A stretch of DNA of 64,000 nt from a virus: the IMG/VR virus record IMGVR_UViG_3300033076_000783; one strand, written 5' to 3'. The position numbers and the translations under genes were made by a program. Below, in pieces: positions 45,406 to 55,686 of this stretch (position 1 is the first letter of the stretch; each line of letters begins with the position of its first letter). Below the pieces are notes generated by a model. That model was not told the DNA's origin, ran no database searches, and saw only the letters and a program-made list of their open reading frames with translations.

Positions 45406-45611
45406 TTTTTTAATCTTATTACTGTTTGTTCCAACAATGATGCTAGTTGTCCCACTTCTTCAAATGTGAGATATATACTACTTTCTGAGGTACCGTCCAT
45501 TTCCGATGTACGTAAAATTACTCCGTTATCAGTTTCATTTGGTTGAATTGACACAATTTGTTCTGTGTCAGTAAACATTCTTGTTTCTATAAATGCCATC
45601 TTATAATTCAT
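45402..45611 (-). CDS. hypothetical protein
   Basis: 69-aa ORF, overlap-coupled. Confidence 0.35.
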   Translation of the reverse strand: MNYKMAFIETRMFTDTEQIVSIQPNETDNGVILRTSEMDGTSESSIYLTFEEVGQLASLLEQTVIRLKK

Positions 45612-46575
45612 TTAAGGTGAACTTCTTAATTAACGTAACCCCATCAAGTTTTCTCATTTCTTCTGAAACAACTTTATGTTTTTCATCATAATTCAAACCG
45701 GTTAACTTATCTTCAATCTGTTTTTCAAATTGATAATCGTTGAATGATTCTTGAAATAGAATAATCTCATTATTAGAATAGTCTTGATATCTATACCCAA
45801 GTTGGAACATGTTTCGTTGTCTCGTAACTTGCCAAATGATATTGTTATCCATGTTAGATGGTTGACCGTTACCATAGAACATTTCATTACCAATCAAAGA
45901 TTCAATACCAACACGAAGATCTTCTTCTGTTGGGTAAGTTAAGTACTTGGTAGTTTTATTAACACCTTCAATAACTAACTCGTATTTGTATTCAGGAAGA
46001 ATTACTTTACCTTCACGAATTTCAGGTACATGATAGAATGTCGGGTCAGCTTCAGAATTATCGTTACCACCAAACAACCAAGAGTTCTTATTGAAAATGA
46101 AGTTCTTTAATTCATATGCACTTTTACCAACAATACCATATGATTCGTGGTCAACATAACCATCATTAAGTCCTTCAAAGATTACTCTTTTGGCCCCTGT
46201 TTGTTCTTTGATAACATATTCCAATGTTTCTAACGCGTTGTCGTCATTGGCAAATTGTTGTGCCGCATATGAGGCTTTGGTTTCAGCATCATTATGTTTA
46301 AACCATTCCCAACCAAACTCATCACCACGAACAATAATTGTCCCGTGTTGGTCCGGATAGATAGTATCAAGAACAAACTCTTTGTCCTCTGTTGCAATCG
46401 CAATCGAATGTGCCGACGAACTATTTGTCTCGAACACCCCTTTTCTAATTAGTTTTTTCATATTAATAAATTCCGTATTTACCTTTAATTTTAAAGAAAA
46501 TTGAATACCCGAATAATCTGATACCTTGGTATCCGTTCCTTCTCGAAAATATACAATCCTCAAGTTTCTTAACAC
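45601..46575 (-). CDS. hypothetical protein
   Basis: 324-aa ORF; FETNSSSAHS block. Confidence 0.5.
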   Translation of the reverse strand: MLRNLRIVYFREGTDTKVSDYSGIQFSLKLKVNTEFINMKKLIRKGVFETNSSSAHSIAIATEDKEFVLDTIYPDQHGTIIVRGDEFGWEWFKHNDAETKASYAAQQFANDDNALETLEYVIKEQTGAKRVIFEGLNDGYVDHESYGIVGKSAYELKNFIFNKNSWLFGGNDNSEADPTFYHVPEIREGKVILPEYKYELVIEGVNKTTKYLTYPTEEDLRVGIESLIGNEMFYGNGQPSNMDNNIIWQVTRQRNMFQLGYRYQDYSNNEIILFQESFNDYQFEKQIEDKLTGLNYDEKHKVVSEEMRKLDGVTLIKKFTLNEL

Positions 46576-46589
46576 TAAAGAAAAAAATT

Positions 46590-46874
46590 CTATTGTTGAT
46601 TTCCATCACTTTGATGATTTTTACAATTACCTTTATGACATAAAACCGTACCATTTCCCCAAGGACCGTATAGATATTCACAACTATCTATAACCACAAC
46701 AGTTAAGGGAATAGAACTAAACTCAACTTCAATATTTCTCGGTATGTTTAATGAATCTTTCTTTGTTGAATCTGTTGATTCGGGGTGATTAACAGGATAA
46801 CCAACATTAGGTTCAACACACGATATTAATGATAGTAAAATCAACCCTACAATAATACCAAATAATGTTTTCAT
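46590..46874 (-). CDS. putative lipoprotein
   Basis: Signal peptide plus LSLISC lipobox. Confidence 0.4.
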   Translation of the reverse strand: MKTLFGIIVGLILLSLISCVEPNVGYPVNHPESTDSTKKDSLNIPRNIEVEFSSIPLTVVVIDSCEYLYGPWGNGTVLCHKGNCKNHQSDGNQQ

Positions 46875-46875
46875 A

Positions 46876-47220
46876 TTAACCTTCTTTAATTGTGATATTG
46901 TTTGTTGTATACGTCACTTTGCGTCTATCTTTTAATTCTGACCACCCACGAACATAACGTTTAGAAGGTATTAAACCAAATAAACTTGGTCGTGATGTGA
47001 AAACATGATTATCAATAACCTTATTAACCACTTCAGGATTGAATTCATCATAAAGAAAACAATCCCACTTTGATTGTTCTGCTGTTATGGTATAAACATC
47101 ATTGTTTTTTTCAACAATGACATTGTAATGTCTAAGTGTTGCTTGATAATGATTAACATTAATTTCAACACCAGATTCACTTGAGTACACTCCAGCATCG
47201 TCCGATTTAAAAATAACCAT
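46876..47220 (-). CDS. hypothetical protein
   Basis: 114-aa ORF. Confidence 0.4.
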   Translation of the reverse strand: MVIFKSDDAGVYSSESGVEINVNHYQATLRHYNVIVEKNNDVYTITAEQSKWDCFLYDEFNPEVVNKVIDNHVFTSRPSLFGLIPSKRYVRGWSELKDRRKVTYTTNNITIKEG

Positions 47221-47221
47221 A

Positions 47222-47416
47222 TTAAGAATCTTTTATTAATGCGTTTATTGTTCCTGTTGTTGAACTAAATGCAAACATTAAGTATAAAATTTTAGTGAAC
47301 CAATGCCATTCGAATAGACTTGGTTGATTAGTCAAAAACCAAAATATGAGATACCAAAACCCAAATCCAAAAATGAATCCGAGAATAAATAAAAATATTA
47401 CTTTTATTGTTTCCAT
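47222..47416 (-). CDS. small membrane protein
   Basis: 64 aa, two hydrophobic helices. Confidence 0.35.
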   Translation of the reverse strand: METIKVIFLFILGFIFGFGFWYLIFWFLTNQPSLFEWHWFTKILYLMFAFSSTTGTINALIKDS

Positions 47417-47422
47417 ATTAAT

Positions 47423-47722
47423 TTATTTACCACAACCACAATCAACATAGAATGTTGCCGGTTGTGTAATAGTATCTATTTTAGTTTCCCAACCTAATAA
47501 TGATTTGGTTCTCGTTTCTTTTGTTTCCCATTTCATTATTACGTTTTTACCTTCACGAGGTTGGATTCCCGATTGTGAAATTTCAGTATCATTTAATTCA
47601 CGTTCGTGTTTACGATACTTAACTTCTTCACTACCTGATTTGTATGTTGCAGTTGCCTTAACCACAAGGAATGTCAATAAGAACATCCCAACAAAGTAAC
47701 TTCCGATGATTATCTTTTTCAT
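47423..47722 (-). CDS. secreted/membrane-anchored protein
   Basis: N-terminal hydrophobic helix. Confidence 0.4.
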   Translation of the reverse strand: MKKIIIGSYFVGMFLLTFLVVKATATYKSGSEEVKYRKHERELNDTEISQSGIQPREGKNVIMKWETKETRTKSLLGWETKIDTITQPATFYVDCGCGK

Positions 47723-48549
47723 TATCTTGTTAATTTTTTATCTGAATTCCAATTTGTTTTACTAAAAAATCCTCCAATTGCTTCGAACTCATCTTGTTTC
47801 CAAACACCAAAACACAAATGTGCAAACACAAAACTAAATAAAGAAATTGCCAACGTATTTGCAATATAATGATTTTCAAACTGAGCCGCAGGGGTTTCAA
47901 AACACATAAACCAAATGAATGCAACAATTGGCATCAACATTACAGTGTTAAACAATTGATGTGACCACCAAGATTTCCAACGAAACCCTTCAATCAATCT
48001 AAAGATTGTAAAATCATCACCCCATTTATGAATCAAACGATAATGTTTCTCGTCAATTTGATAAAAAATTGCTGGATCTTGTCTTCTTCTTATTTCAGCT
48101 TTTGAAATATATTTTTCAGTTGTCAATTGAAACATTTCTTTAGGTGCCATCATAAAGAATCTTCTTTCCAATGACCACTCATCAATCGATGTGTTAGTTG
48201 TTTTTGAAAAATCTTTAATCTTTGCTGCAACTTCTACATCATATGAACCTGTATAAAATCTACTTTGTAGAAATCTTAAACGATAGTCAACACAAAGTTT
48301 TTCGATTTGGTCAATCGTAAACACCTTACCATCGTATTCGTTTTCGATGTTCTCTAATTCTAATTGTTTACCTCTAAGGTTTTCAATTCGATTGAAGTGT
48401 GAGTTTTTAGATAAACCTCTTAGAATTCTGGCGTCTTCTGTTGCGTTACCTTCTAAAAGTAATTTAACTTCGTTTAATGGGTCAAGAGTAAACTTTTGTT
48501 TATCCTCTTGTGAAACTTTTTCAAGTTCTTTTTCAATTGATACTTTCAT
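47722..48549 (-). CDS. hypothetical protein with C-terminal membrane segments
   Basis: 275-aa ORF; the C-terminal third is hydrophobic. Confidence 0.45.
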   Translation of the reverse strand: MKVSIEKELEKVSQEDKQKFTLDPLNEVKLLLEGNATEDARILRGLSKNSHFNRIENLRGKQLELENIENEYDGKVFTIDQIEKLCVDYRLRFLQSRFYTGSYDVEVAAKIKDFSKTTNTSIDEWSLERRFFMMAPKEMFQLTTEKYISKAEIRRRQDPAIFYQIDEKHYRLIHKWGDDFTIFRLIEGFRWKSWWSHQLFNTVMLMPIVAFIWFMCFETPAAQFENHYIANTLAISLFSFVFAHLCFGVWKQDEFEAIGGFFSKTNWNSDKKLTR

Positions 48550-48560
48550 ATGTTTTAGTT

Positions 48561-49016
48561 TTAAATTTCTACTTCAATTTCTTTAATTTCGTGAATGATG
48601 GTTCTATTGACAGGATAACACCCTATATATTTTGTTTCCCCGTTGTTACTTTCCCTATCGATAAAATAATAATATCCACTACTACTCGCATCGTATTTGT
48701 CACATTCTATTTCAATTTCATCAGTGTGAAATCCTGACAACCACAGTGTTATTCTTTTCTTTCGAATTGTTTTTTTCTTTGGTTCGGGTTTAGAATTTGA
48801 TTCAGATGCAACATACGGAACAGCCCATCTATATGGGAATTCATGTGTATTCTCAATATGGAAGTCGACTTCATGTAGATTTTGCAAATATACACCTACA
48901 CGATTCAAATCGTCAATTCGACCAGGTCTAACATCAATGAGGATTGTTCTACCATCTTCATTATATTCAACCACCCATTTTTTTGAATCCTCATCAAAAT
49001 ATAAAACACCTTTCAT
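48561..49016 (-). CDS. hypothetical protein
   Basis: 151-aa ORF. Confidence 0.45.
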   Translation of the reverse strand: MKGVLYFDEDSKKWVVEYNEDGRTILIDVRPGRIDDLNRVGVYLQNLHEVDFHIENTHEFPYRWAVPYVASESNSKPEPKKKTIRKKRITLWLSGFHTDEIEIECDKYDASSSGYYYFIDRESNNGETKYIGCYPVNRTIIHEIKEIEVEI

Positions 49017-49069
49017 AAAACAAAATTAAACTTTTAATTTGATAAAATATTCAGTATTTATACTGAATT

Positions 49070-49570
49070 TTAACAGAATTCTGTCGCTGAAGAAACTCGT
49101 AATCCGTCAATGATTATGTCATCATATCTTGGGTCATCAAAGAATGAACCTTTACCTTTCATTCTTTCTGATTTACGATACTTTTCGTCAACAATTAAAC
49201 CATCGGGTTCCCCCCATTCAAGCGCCATTGTGATAAACTCTTCAACATTCTGTTCTTCACCATACTCATCAACCACACGACCATTCCGAATGAAATCAAG
49301 AAGTTCGTCTTTGTTTGAATAGTACTTATTCTTATGAAAGTTCCAACAAAATTTCCACCCACTACTCCGTTTACCAAGATGTATGTTGGTGTCTTCTAAA
49401 AACATTTCCCACGGTGAAAACCATTCCCATTCTTTTCTTGGACTAATGAATCTAAATCCACCCTCAATGTTCTCCGGTGATAATTCAAGGTTATTGATAA
49501 ATCCAATTAAAACCTCTTTACGAGTAACCATTTCCTCGTGTTTTGGTATTCTATAATAATTTGTCCCCAT
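49070..49570 (-). CDS. hypothetical protein
   Basis: 166-aa ORF. Confidence 0.45.
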   Translation of the reverse strand: MGTNYYRIPKHEEMVTRKEVLIGFINNLELSPENIEGGFRFISPRKEWEWFSPWEMFLEDTNIHLGKRSSGWKFCWNFHKNKYYSNKDELLDFIRNGRVVDEYGEEQNVEEFITMALEWGEPDGLIVDEKYRKSERMKGKGSFFDDPRYDDIIIDGLRVSSATEFC

Positions 49571-49631
49571 TTGTTAGTAAGTTCTTTTGGTACAAATATA
49601 GATATTTTTTTTGATATTCCAAAAAATTTCA

Positions 49632-49658
49632 AAAAAAAATCCCCACATTTCTGTGGGG
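49632..49658 (-). terminator. Intrinsic terminator
   Basis: aaaaaaaaaTCCCCACAtttcTGTGGGGA; T-run on the minus strand. Confidence 0.5.
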
Positions 49659-49712
49659 ATATTACTTACATCCAATTCGGATCAATCACTGACAAGTAGT
49701 CAGGACAGGTAA

Positions 49713-50987
49713 CTATTTTTTATTTTGTTTGATTATGTCTTTAATTAAACTATCAAACATACCTTCATTCATTCTTCTTCTACCACCCTCAATCTCGGAT
49801 CTTGTTGGTGTTGCTTTTCTTAACACACTCTCAGGGCTGATTTGTGACATTTTAGATTTAAATTGATTAATTGCTTCAACCAAACCTTCCACAATTTCAG
49901 GATTATCCATTATTGTATATTGCGGTGTGAATTGTATACCTGGTTCAAGTTGAACGTTCTTAATTGCACTAACTTGTTTACCGTCAACTAACGAACCTGG
50001 GTTATATTCTACAGGTTCCAATCTTCCATCAACACGACTCGATTGTGGTTTTCTTCTGGCAAACTTATTAACTAAAATAATTGTCCATACAAAGGAGTTA
50101 TCACCAACCATTTCACCCACAACTCTAAATGTCATTTCCAAGAATACTTCGTTCTCACTTCCCTCAACATAACCATATTTACGTTGTTTATATACGTCAG
50201 TAACTCCATAATCTTGTGTACTTCCTTTCTTTTCCTCAGCATCCCAACGAGAATATTCTGTATTGAATTGTCTAGCTAAGTGTTGTGTATCCATTTCTGG
50301 AGTATCTTCACCGAAGATTCTATCTGCAACCAATTGGTTGAATTCTTCGTTAGACTTATACACATTGTAACTTAAAGTAGTAAATTCTACTTTTGTGTTA
50401 GTCCATATATCAGTATGTCTATCGAAATATTTTCTATTATCAAGTTCAATACCTGGTACACTTCTTTGGTTTAAAACTTTATTGAAGTTATCTTCTGATC
50501 TTGTAATGTTATTTCTAAGTGCAGATAATAATTTTGTTTTGATTCTTGTTGAACCTTCTAATTTTTTACCTGTTGAAACATCTTTAGATGTTTGTTTAAT
50601 TGTACTAATAGGTTCACCTTCCTCACCTGGTAATGGTTTACCAACTCTCACATCTCTGTGTGGTCTATCTGATGGACATTTTGTATCTGACCATTTAAAT
50701 GTACCAAAGTCATTCTTAAGTTTCTCAACAACATCTGGATGTTGTTCTAAAAATGATTGGATATCACAAGTGAAAACAATTTGAACCCTCTCAGAATCAG
50801 GGTCTTCACTAAATGGGTCAACCATCATATCGTAACCAATTAGATTACCGTCATTGTCATATAGTTTACTTGATGCAACCTTTTTACCTGGTTGTTTCTT
50901 CGACCAATATCTCGCCATTTCATCGATATCGGCGATATAGTTGTTTTCAGATAACAAGGAAATAAGTTTTTCTTTAGAAATTTCCAT
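49713..50987 (-). CDS. hypothetical protein
   Basis: Start trimmed to the internal MEISKEKL to remove a 170-nt overlap with the upstream gene; 424 aa. Confidence 0.45.
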   Translation of the reverse strand: MEISKEKLISLLSENNYIADIDEMARYWSKKQPGKKVASSKLYDNDGNLIGYDMMVDPFSEDPDSERVQIVFTCDIQSFLEQHPDVVEKLKNDFGTFKWSDTKCPSDRPHRDVRVGKPLPGEEGEPISTIKQTSKDVSTGKKLEGSTRIKTKLLSALRNNITRSEDNFNKVLNQRSVPGIELDNRKYFDRHTDIWTNTKVEFTTLSYNVYKSNEEFNQLVADRIFGEDTPEMDTQHLARQFNTEYSRWDAEEKKGSTQDYGVTDVYKQRKYGYVEGSENEVFLEMTFRVVGEMVGDNSFVWTIILVNKFARRKPQSSRVDGRLEPVEYNPGSLVDGKQVSAIKNVQLEPGIQFTPQYTIMDNPEIVEGLVEAINQFKSKMSQISPESVLRKATPTRSEIEGGRRRMNEGMFDSLIKDIIKQNKK

Positions 50988-51015
50988 TATAATTCGTATT
51001 TTATTTATATAAATA

Positions 51016-51510
51016 TTAAGAAAACCAATTAGGGACCACCCCATTTTTCCATTTACTAAAATGTTTTTTCTCCGTGAGATAATAATTTCTGTAAGATAGG
51101 ATTGCACTGTCCCCAATTTTACAATAATCAGGCATGGCCAAAGGAGGTTCGAAAAATTTACCATCTGGTAAATTCGGTACATTATCACAACACCATAGTA
51201 TCACTTGATATGATTTATGTGTTTTCAAGTATCTTCTTCTATATTCCCATGATAACTCAATACCCAACATACATAACCAACGATATGTTTCAATGTTAGT
51301 TCTTGTCCAAATTGCACAGGGGTGGTTAATGTGTGAGGGTTTATATGGTGCTTCTGAACCAGTTGCCCAATGGGCACCACAAAGGAGTTGTGCGGTTTCT
51401 AATATCATTTTGACTACGTGTTTATCATTGTGATATTTTGCACATACACGAGGATTCTTATCTAAAAAGAATATATTCATTATTTTTTCAATTCTGAGTT
51501 TAAAATACAA
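51016..51510 (-). CDS. conserved hypothetical protein
   Basis: 164-aa ORF. An alternative start MNIFFLD at 51480 would give a TAATG coupling with the upstream gene. Confidence 0.45.
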   Translation of the reverse strand: MYFKLRIEKIMNIFFLDKNPRVCAKYHNDKHVVKMILETAQLLCGAHWATGSEAPYKPSHINHPCAIWTRTNIETYRWLCMLGIELSWEYRRRYLKTHKSYQVILWCCDNVPNLPDGKFFEPPLAMPDYCKIGDSAILSYRNYYLTEKKHFSKWKNGVVPNWFS

Positions 51511-51725
51511 GAAATATGATCGGTACCACTTAGGTAATCGTATTCAACTTCGGAAGTTGGGTTGCCACATAAAGAACAAATCATATCAGGTTCACGTAAA
51601 TTAAATGTAGACCAATAACGATTCCTAACAAATGCACCTAATTCGTTATCGTTTGATTTGTTAATTATTTCCTCCCCTGAAATTGTGATGTGACTTAATC
51701 TATGTTTCATTAATTCATTTGACAT
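51480..51725 (-). CDS. small zinc-ribbon protein
   Basis: CSLCGNP plus upstream Cys/His residues. Confidence 0.35.
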   Translation of the reverse strand: MSNELMKHRLSHITISGEEIINKSNDNELGAFVRNRYWSTFNLREPDMICSLCGNPTSEVEYDYLSGTDHISCILNSELKK

Positions 51726-51784
51726 AATGGTTATTTTAATGTAAAAATAACTAATATATCTTAAAAAAACAATAAATATTTTAA

Positions 51785-53194
51785 TTATGCAGAAACAACT
51801 TGTTGTGAAATCTTGTTAACGTCACCAGATATTTTACCTAACATTTGTTCGTAACTACCTGCAGATGCATATCTGTTACCACTTTTGTTAACGAAATTGT
51901 TCACCAAGTCTTTAGCGGTTTTACCACCACGTAAGTAATCTTTAGCAATTAAATCGTAATATCTGTCAATACCGTCTTGTACCGAACCTGCATTCCAATT
52001 AGCACCACTATCGGTGTTACCTACATTAAATGGGTTCTTTGTTTTGATTGGTCTTGCATTAGGGTCATTTGAGAATCCACCCTCCGTTGTTAATTGTGCA
52101 AGTGCCAATTCAGGTGGTACATATTTGTGATGTCTTTCAAACGCTTTAATTGCACCTGACGCCATCATTGCACCTGTTATGTTTAATAAATTACTTTGTT
52201 TTGTTGATATATATTTTTGACAGATTTCAGCATACATTCTTTTACCTTCGTCTGTTGTTAAATCTAAGTCAGTAAATTGTGCACCTCCACCTGTTGCAAC
52301 TGTGTCGATGTATTTCTTTAAATCTTCTGATGTTATTCCTTTTTGTTGTAAAAGTTCTATCAACTTATTTAACATTTCAGGTGTTGCCGTTTCACCTTTT
52401 ACAGATGAAGATACTGACCCACCATATTGTAAATGAAAATGTCCTCCAGTTGATGCTGATGATGGATTAGTATATTCGTCAATATAATTAAATTTACTAT
52501 TTTTACTTTTGTAGGAATTTAATATGTTTTTGAATGTTGTTGCGTTGTCACTATTATATGGTTGTAAAACTAAATCCACAGCGTTACCTTCACTATGTTT
52601 ACTAGTGTAACCAACATTCTTATGGAACTTATCATTACCCGATGTCACCACAACTTTCACATCTGGTTTTTGTGCTTTAAAATCTTTTAAAATCTTATCA
52701 ACAATTGAACTAATATCATCTGTGATATTACCACCAGATGTTAACTGACCATTTTTTTCACTATATCCTAATGATGATAAAGTACTTCTTAATTCACTTG
52801 CATCTTCATTTAATATTGAGTTATCAGATTTGAATTTTTTAACCACAGCTCCTGTTTCAGGACCAAATAAACCATCTATACCATATTTTGGTAATTGATA
52901 TCCTAAATGAACTAAACCTATTTGCATGGATTCAACTTCCTTTTGGAAATTCATTGAACCTCTTTCTTGTTGTGAAATACCTCCATCAGCAGCCGCCTTT
53001 TGAAGTGTGTCAAAAAACACCTTAACATCGTCACTAACCAAATCAGCCTTCTTAGGGTCATCAACCTTTTTATTGTCACCCTTAAGTCCAACACCTTTAA
53101 GTATTCTATCTAATAACCCTTGTTCTTCGATAACTTCTTTACCGTAGGTTATTGTGTGTATTCTCTCTAATTCTTCTGATATGGTCCTTTTCAT
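51785..53194 (-). CDS. peptidoglycan hydrolase: PG_binding_1 domain + M15 (VanY / L-Ala-D-Glu peptidase-like) domain
   Basis: LVHLGYQLPKYGIDGLFGPETGAVVKKFKSDN (PG_binding_1). SKHSEGNAVDL and GGHFHLQ (M15 SxHxxGxAxD / H-x-H). Confidence 0.55.
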   Translation of the reverse strand: MKRTISEELERIHTITYGKEVIEEQGLLDRILKGVGLKGDNKKVDDPKKADLVSDDVKVFFDTLQKAAADGGISQQERGSMNFQKEVESMQIGLVHLGYQLPKYGIDGLFGPETGAVVKKFKSDNSILNEDASELRSTLSSLGYSEKNGQLTSGGNITDDISSIVDKILKDFKAQKPDVKVVVTSGNDKFHKNVGYTSKHSEGNAVDLVLQPYNSDNATTFKNILNSYKSKNSKFNYIDEYTNPSSASTGGHFHLQYGGSVSSSVKGETATPEMLNKLIELLQQKGITSEDLKKYIDTVATGGGAQFTDLDLTTDEGKRMYAEICQKYISTKQSNLLNITGAMMASGAIKAFERHHKYVPPELALAQLTTEGGFSNDPNARPIKTKNPFNVGNTDSGANWNAGSVQDGIDRYYDLIAKDYLRGGKTAKDLVNNFVNKSGNRYASAGSYEQMLGKISGDVNKISQQVVSA

Positions 53195-53209
53195 ATTAAT
53201 ATAAATATT

Positions 53210-53611
53210 TCATATATCTACTTTCACCCATTTTTGTGTGGAATCTAATTTAAAAGATCCAATATACTTTTTATTCCATAGATTTGGGGCTATTAATGAT
53301 AGAAATGTTGTATCATCATCTTTTATGTAAAGATGGTATATTTCATTCATTACAGGAATAAAAGAATAAGACGATGAATATACCATGTCATTCCAATTAA
53401 CCTCATCAATAAGTTTACGAAACTCTTCTTTAAGTTCGTCATATTTTGATTTGAATTGTTTATTTGCAACATTGGCCTGCATTTGTTTCCAACCACCAAC
53501 GTCTTCTAATTTAATCGCGGGTGCTCCTTGATTACTACCATAGGTTAGTTCTCTTTGATAATACCCCTTCTCTTCATCCCATACTACTAAATCCGGTTTC
53601 TTTTTACCCAT
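53210..53611 (-). CDS. hypothetical protein
   Basis: 133-aa ORF. Confidence 0.45.
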   Translation of the reverse strand: MGKKKPDLVVWDEEKGYYQRELTYGSNQGAPAIKLEDVGGWKQMQANVANKQFKSKYDELKEEFRKLIDEVNWNDMVYSSSYSFIPVMNEIYHLYIKDDDTTFLSLIAPNLWNKKYIGSFKLDSTQKWVKVDI

Positions 53612-53784
53612 TACCTATTTGATTTTTATCATTCTCATCAAACTCACCAAACAAATCGTCACCCTTATAATCGGGATGATTCTTCATCATGTAATCGATA
53701 CCAACAACCCATCTCCAAGAGATGAATACTACCACGATAAACATTACAACAAACACAATTAAATGTTCCATTTTATATTTTAGT

Positions 53785-53970
53785 TTAAGATATATCTTCT
53801 TCCCAAGAATAAATGTCAGTTTCGATTGGATTTGATACGCCAGGTATATATTCGGGATTCTTTACAGACTTCCATTTCATACCACACCTTTTACACACAC
53901 ATTTTGACGGCATCCACCCAAAGTTGTAAGAATACTTGTGTCCGAATACTTTACAAATCAACTTCTTCAT
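53785..53970 (-). CDS. small zinc-ribbon protein
   Basis: CxxC...CVCKRC pattern. Confidence 0.35.
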   Translation of the reverse strand: MKKLICKVFGHKYSYNFGWMPSKCVCKRCGMKWKSVKNPEYIPGVSNPIETDIYSWEEDIS

Positions 53971-54563
53971 TATTGTAAAAACTTTAAAACCTTTTCTTTA
54001 ATTCCACTTTGTTTTATGCCTTCAGAACCTAAAGGAGTTTCAACAAAATTATCTAAACCCCATTCATGTTCATATGAAATTGAAAAATCTAAACCGGTTT
54101 TACCCATTCTTAAATCGTCAATCGAAACCCAATGAGTTATTTCAGGATGGTCATGTAGATATTGTTTAATCTCAATACATCTTGTTTGTTCTAATTCCCA
54201 TGCTCTAGACCAAATAAATCCTGCAGGATATGCACCAATATACCATGTACATTGTCCTAAGTTAGGTGTGAAGTCTATTGGTTTCTTTTTGATTCCTTGC
54301 GACTCATAATATTCACCCATCTCCTCAACGTCCGCCCATCTTTTCCAATCAGATGAGACAACAATTTCGGCACCTGTTTCTTCCAATATTTCATTTAAAA
54401 CCTTGATTGCCTTTTTATTAAAGTTATCAAAACGGGACATCACCGGTAATGACGCAACAGATTGTGATAGTTTCCTACCAGCCTCTCTTTGTTTTTTAAA
54501 CCTACCTCCCCATTCTGTCGATAAACAAATCACACCGTCGTGATCAAGAAATATTACTTTCAT
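53970..54563 (-). CDS. HAD-like hydrolase
   Basis: KVIFLDHDGVICL motif I (DxDG). Confidence 0.4.
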   Translation of the reverse strand: MKVIFLDHDGVICLSTEWGGRFKKQREAGRKLSQSVASLPVMSRFDNFNKKAIKVLNEILEETGAEIVVSSDWKRWADVEEMGEYYESQGIKKKPIDFTPNLGQCTWYIGAYPAGFIWSRAWELEQTRCIEIKQYLHDHPEITHWVSIDDLRMGKTGLDFSISYEHEWGLDNFVETPLGSEGIKQSGIKEKVLKFLQ

Positions 54564-54879
54564 CTTCCCTTTTTATTAATATTCTAAATGTATTAAAAAT
54601 TCCTAACAACATAAAGATTTGCACAGGCCAAAATGGTAAATTTTGTAACTCATGCAACATCCAAAATATATTCATGAATACCCATGACGTTAATGTGATG
54701 TTAGTATTTCTATTGTTTTTTTCTGTTATCAGAATATAAATGGTTAAAATTGATGTTGGGATGGCCATAAAAGTGGCGAACCAAGTTAACTTAAGACACC
54801 AAAATATATCTTTTAACAACCACGAAGTTACGTGAATTTCTTGTATATTCCAATTTTTTCTAGGATATTTCATCAACAT
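54544..54879 (-). CDS. membrane protein
   Basis: 111 aa, three hydrophobic helices. Confidence 0.4.
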   Translation of the reverse strand: MLMKYPRKNWNIQEIHVTSWLLKDIFWCLKLTWFATFMAIPTSILTIYILITEKNNRNTNITLTSWVFMNIFWMLHELQNLPFWPVQIFMLLGIFNTFRILIKREDESNIS

Positions 54880-55285
54880 ATCCCAATTGTGGGTTCCAAA
54901 ATCCTTCGGATATTACTTTAGGTGAATCATTTCTATCAATCATTACCCACTCATATTTAACAATTCCCCATGGTTCGAATTGTTCTAACACATCCTCCAA
55001 ACTAAAACATTTACAACTGTAGATGTCAAACTGAGCCATTGCTGGTTCATGATGATCCCATATGTGAATTGATGAGTGTGATGTTGCCAATGTTACAGTT
55101 CCTGTTAATCCTTCATTACCCGGATAATCAACATAAACACTTGTTGGTCCACCAACAACTTCCATCTTTACTTTGTGGACTAAATCAATAAACCATTTAT
55201 TAAGAACATCCACCTCTTTTGGTGGGTTAGTAATCCAAATCTTCATTAAAAGATGTTGGTGAAACGGTACAAACTCTTCTTGCAT
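54860..55285 (-). CDS. speD: S-adenosylmethionine decarboxylase proenzyme (pyruvoyl-dependent, SpeD/SpeH class)
   Basis: GLTGTVTLATSHSSIHIWDHH matches the self-processing-site region G-V-[ST]-G-V-V-x-[IL]-[AS]-E-SH-[IL]-[ST]-IH-[TS]-[WF]-PE-x. DIYSCK corresponds to the DVYTCG block. Confidence 0.6.
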   Translation of the reverse strand: MQEEFVPFHQHLLMKIWITNPPKEVDVLNKWFIDLVHKVKMEVVGGPTSVYVDYPGNEGLTGTVTLATSHSSIHIWDHHEPAMAQFDIYSCKCFSLEDVLEQFEPWGIVKYEWVMIDRNDSPKVISEGFWNPQLGYVDEIS

Positions 55286-55335
55286 TATATGTATTTTACT
55301 AATACATATATATCACAAAATAGGATTTTTTCAAG

Positions 55336-55686
55336 TTATCTAAAATAAATATGTTTTGGGAAATAGTCACCAAAAACATACTTAGTTACATCACATAACC
55401 ACATCTCCAAATCATATCTTATACCCTTATAATTTTTACAAACGTACCAAGCACCTTCACCTAACTCCCATCCCTCTAATCTACCAAACTTGGTAAAAAT
55501 TAAACAATCCGAACCTTCAAATGGTGTTGAGGATAATGTTAAATAAAAATCATTTTCACCTTGTGCAATTATATCACAAAAAGTATCTGCACCTGAAACC
55601 ATTTGTAACTCAGATTTAGTAAATCCTGCACCTGGTAAATCTATAAACCATCCTAAATCATCTTTATAAAATCTATAGATTCTCAT
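55336..55686 (-). CDS. hypothetical protein
   Basis: 116-aa ORF. Confidence 0.4.
   Translation of the reverse strand: MRIYRFYKDDLGWFIDLPGAGFTKSELQMVSGADTFCDIIAQGENDFYLTLSSTPFEGSDCLIFTKFGRLEGWELGEGAWYVCKNYKGIRYDLEMWLCDVTKYVFGDYFPKHIYFR

Noticed and set aside
50395-50784. Plus-strand ORF 50395-50784
   Set aside because: Nested antisense to the 424-aa minus-strand CDS.
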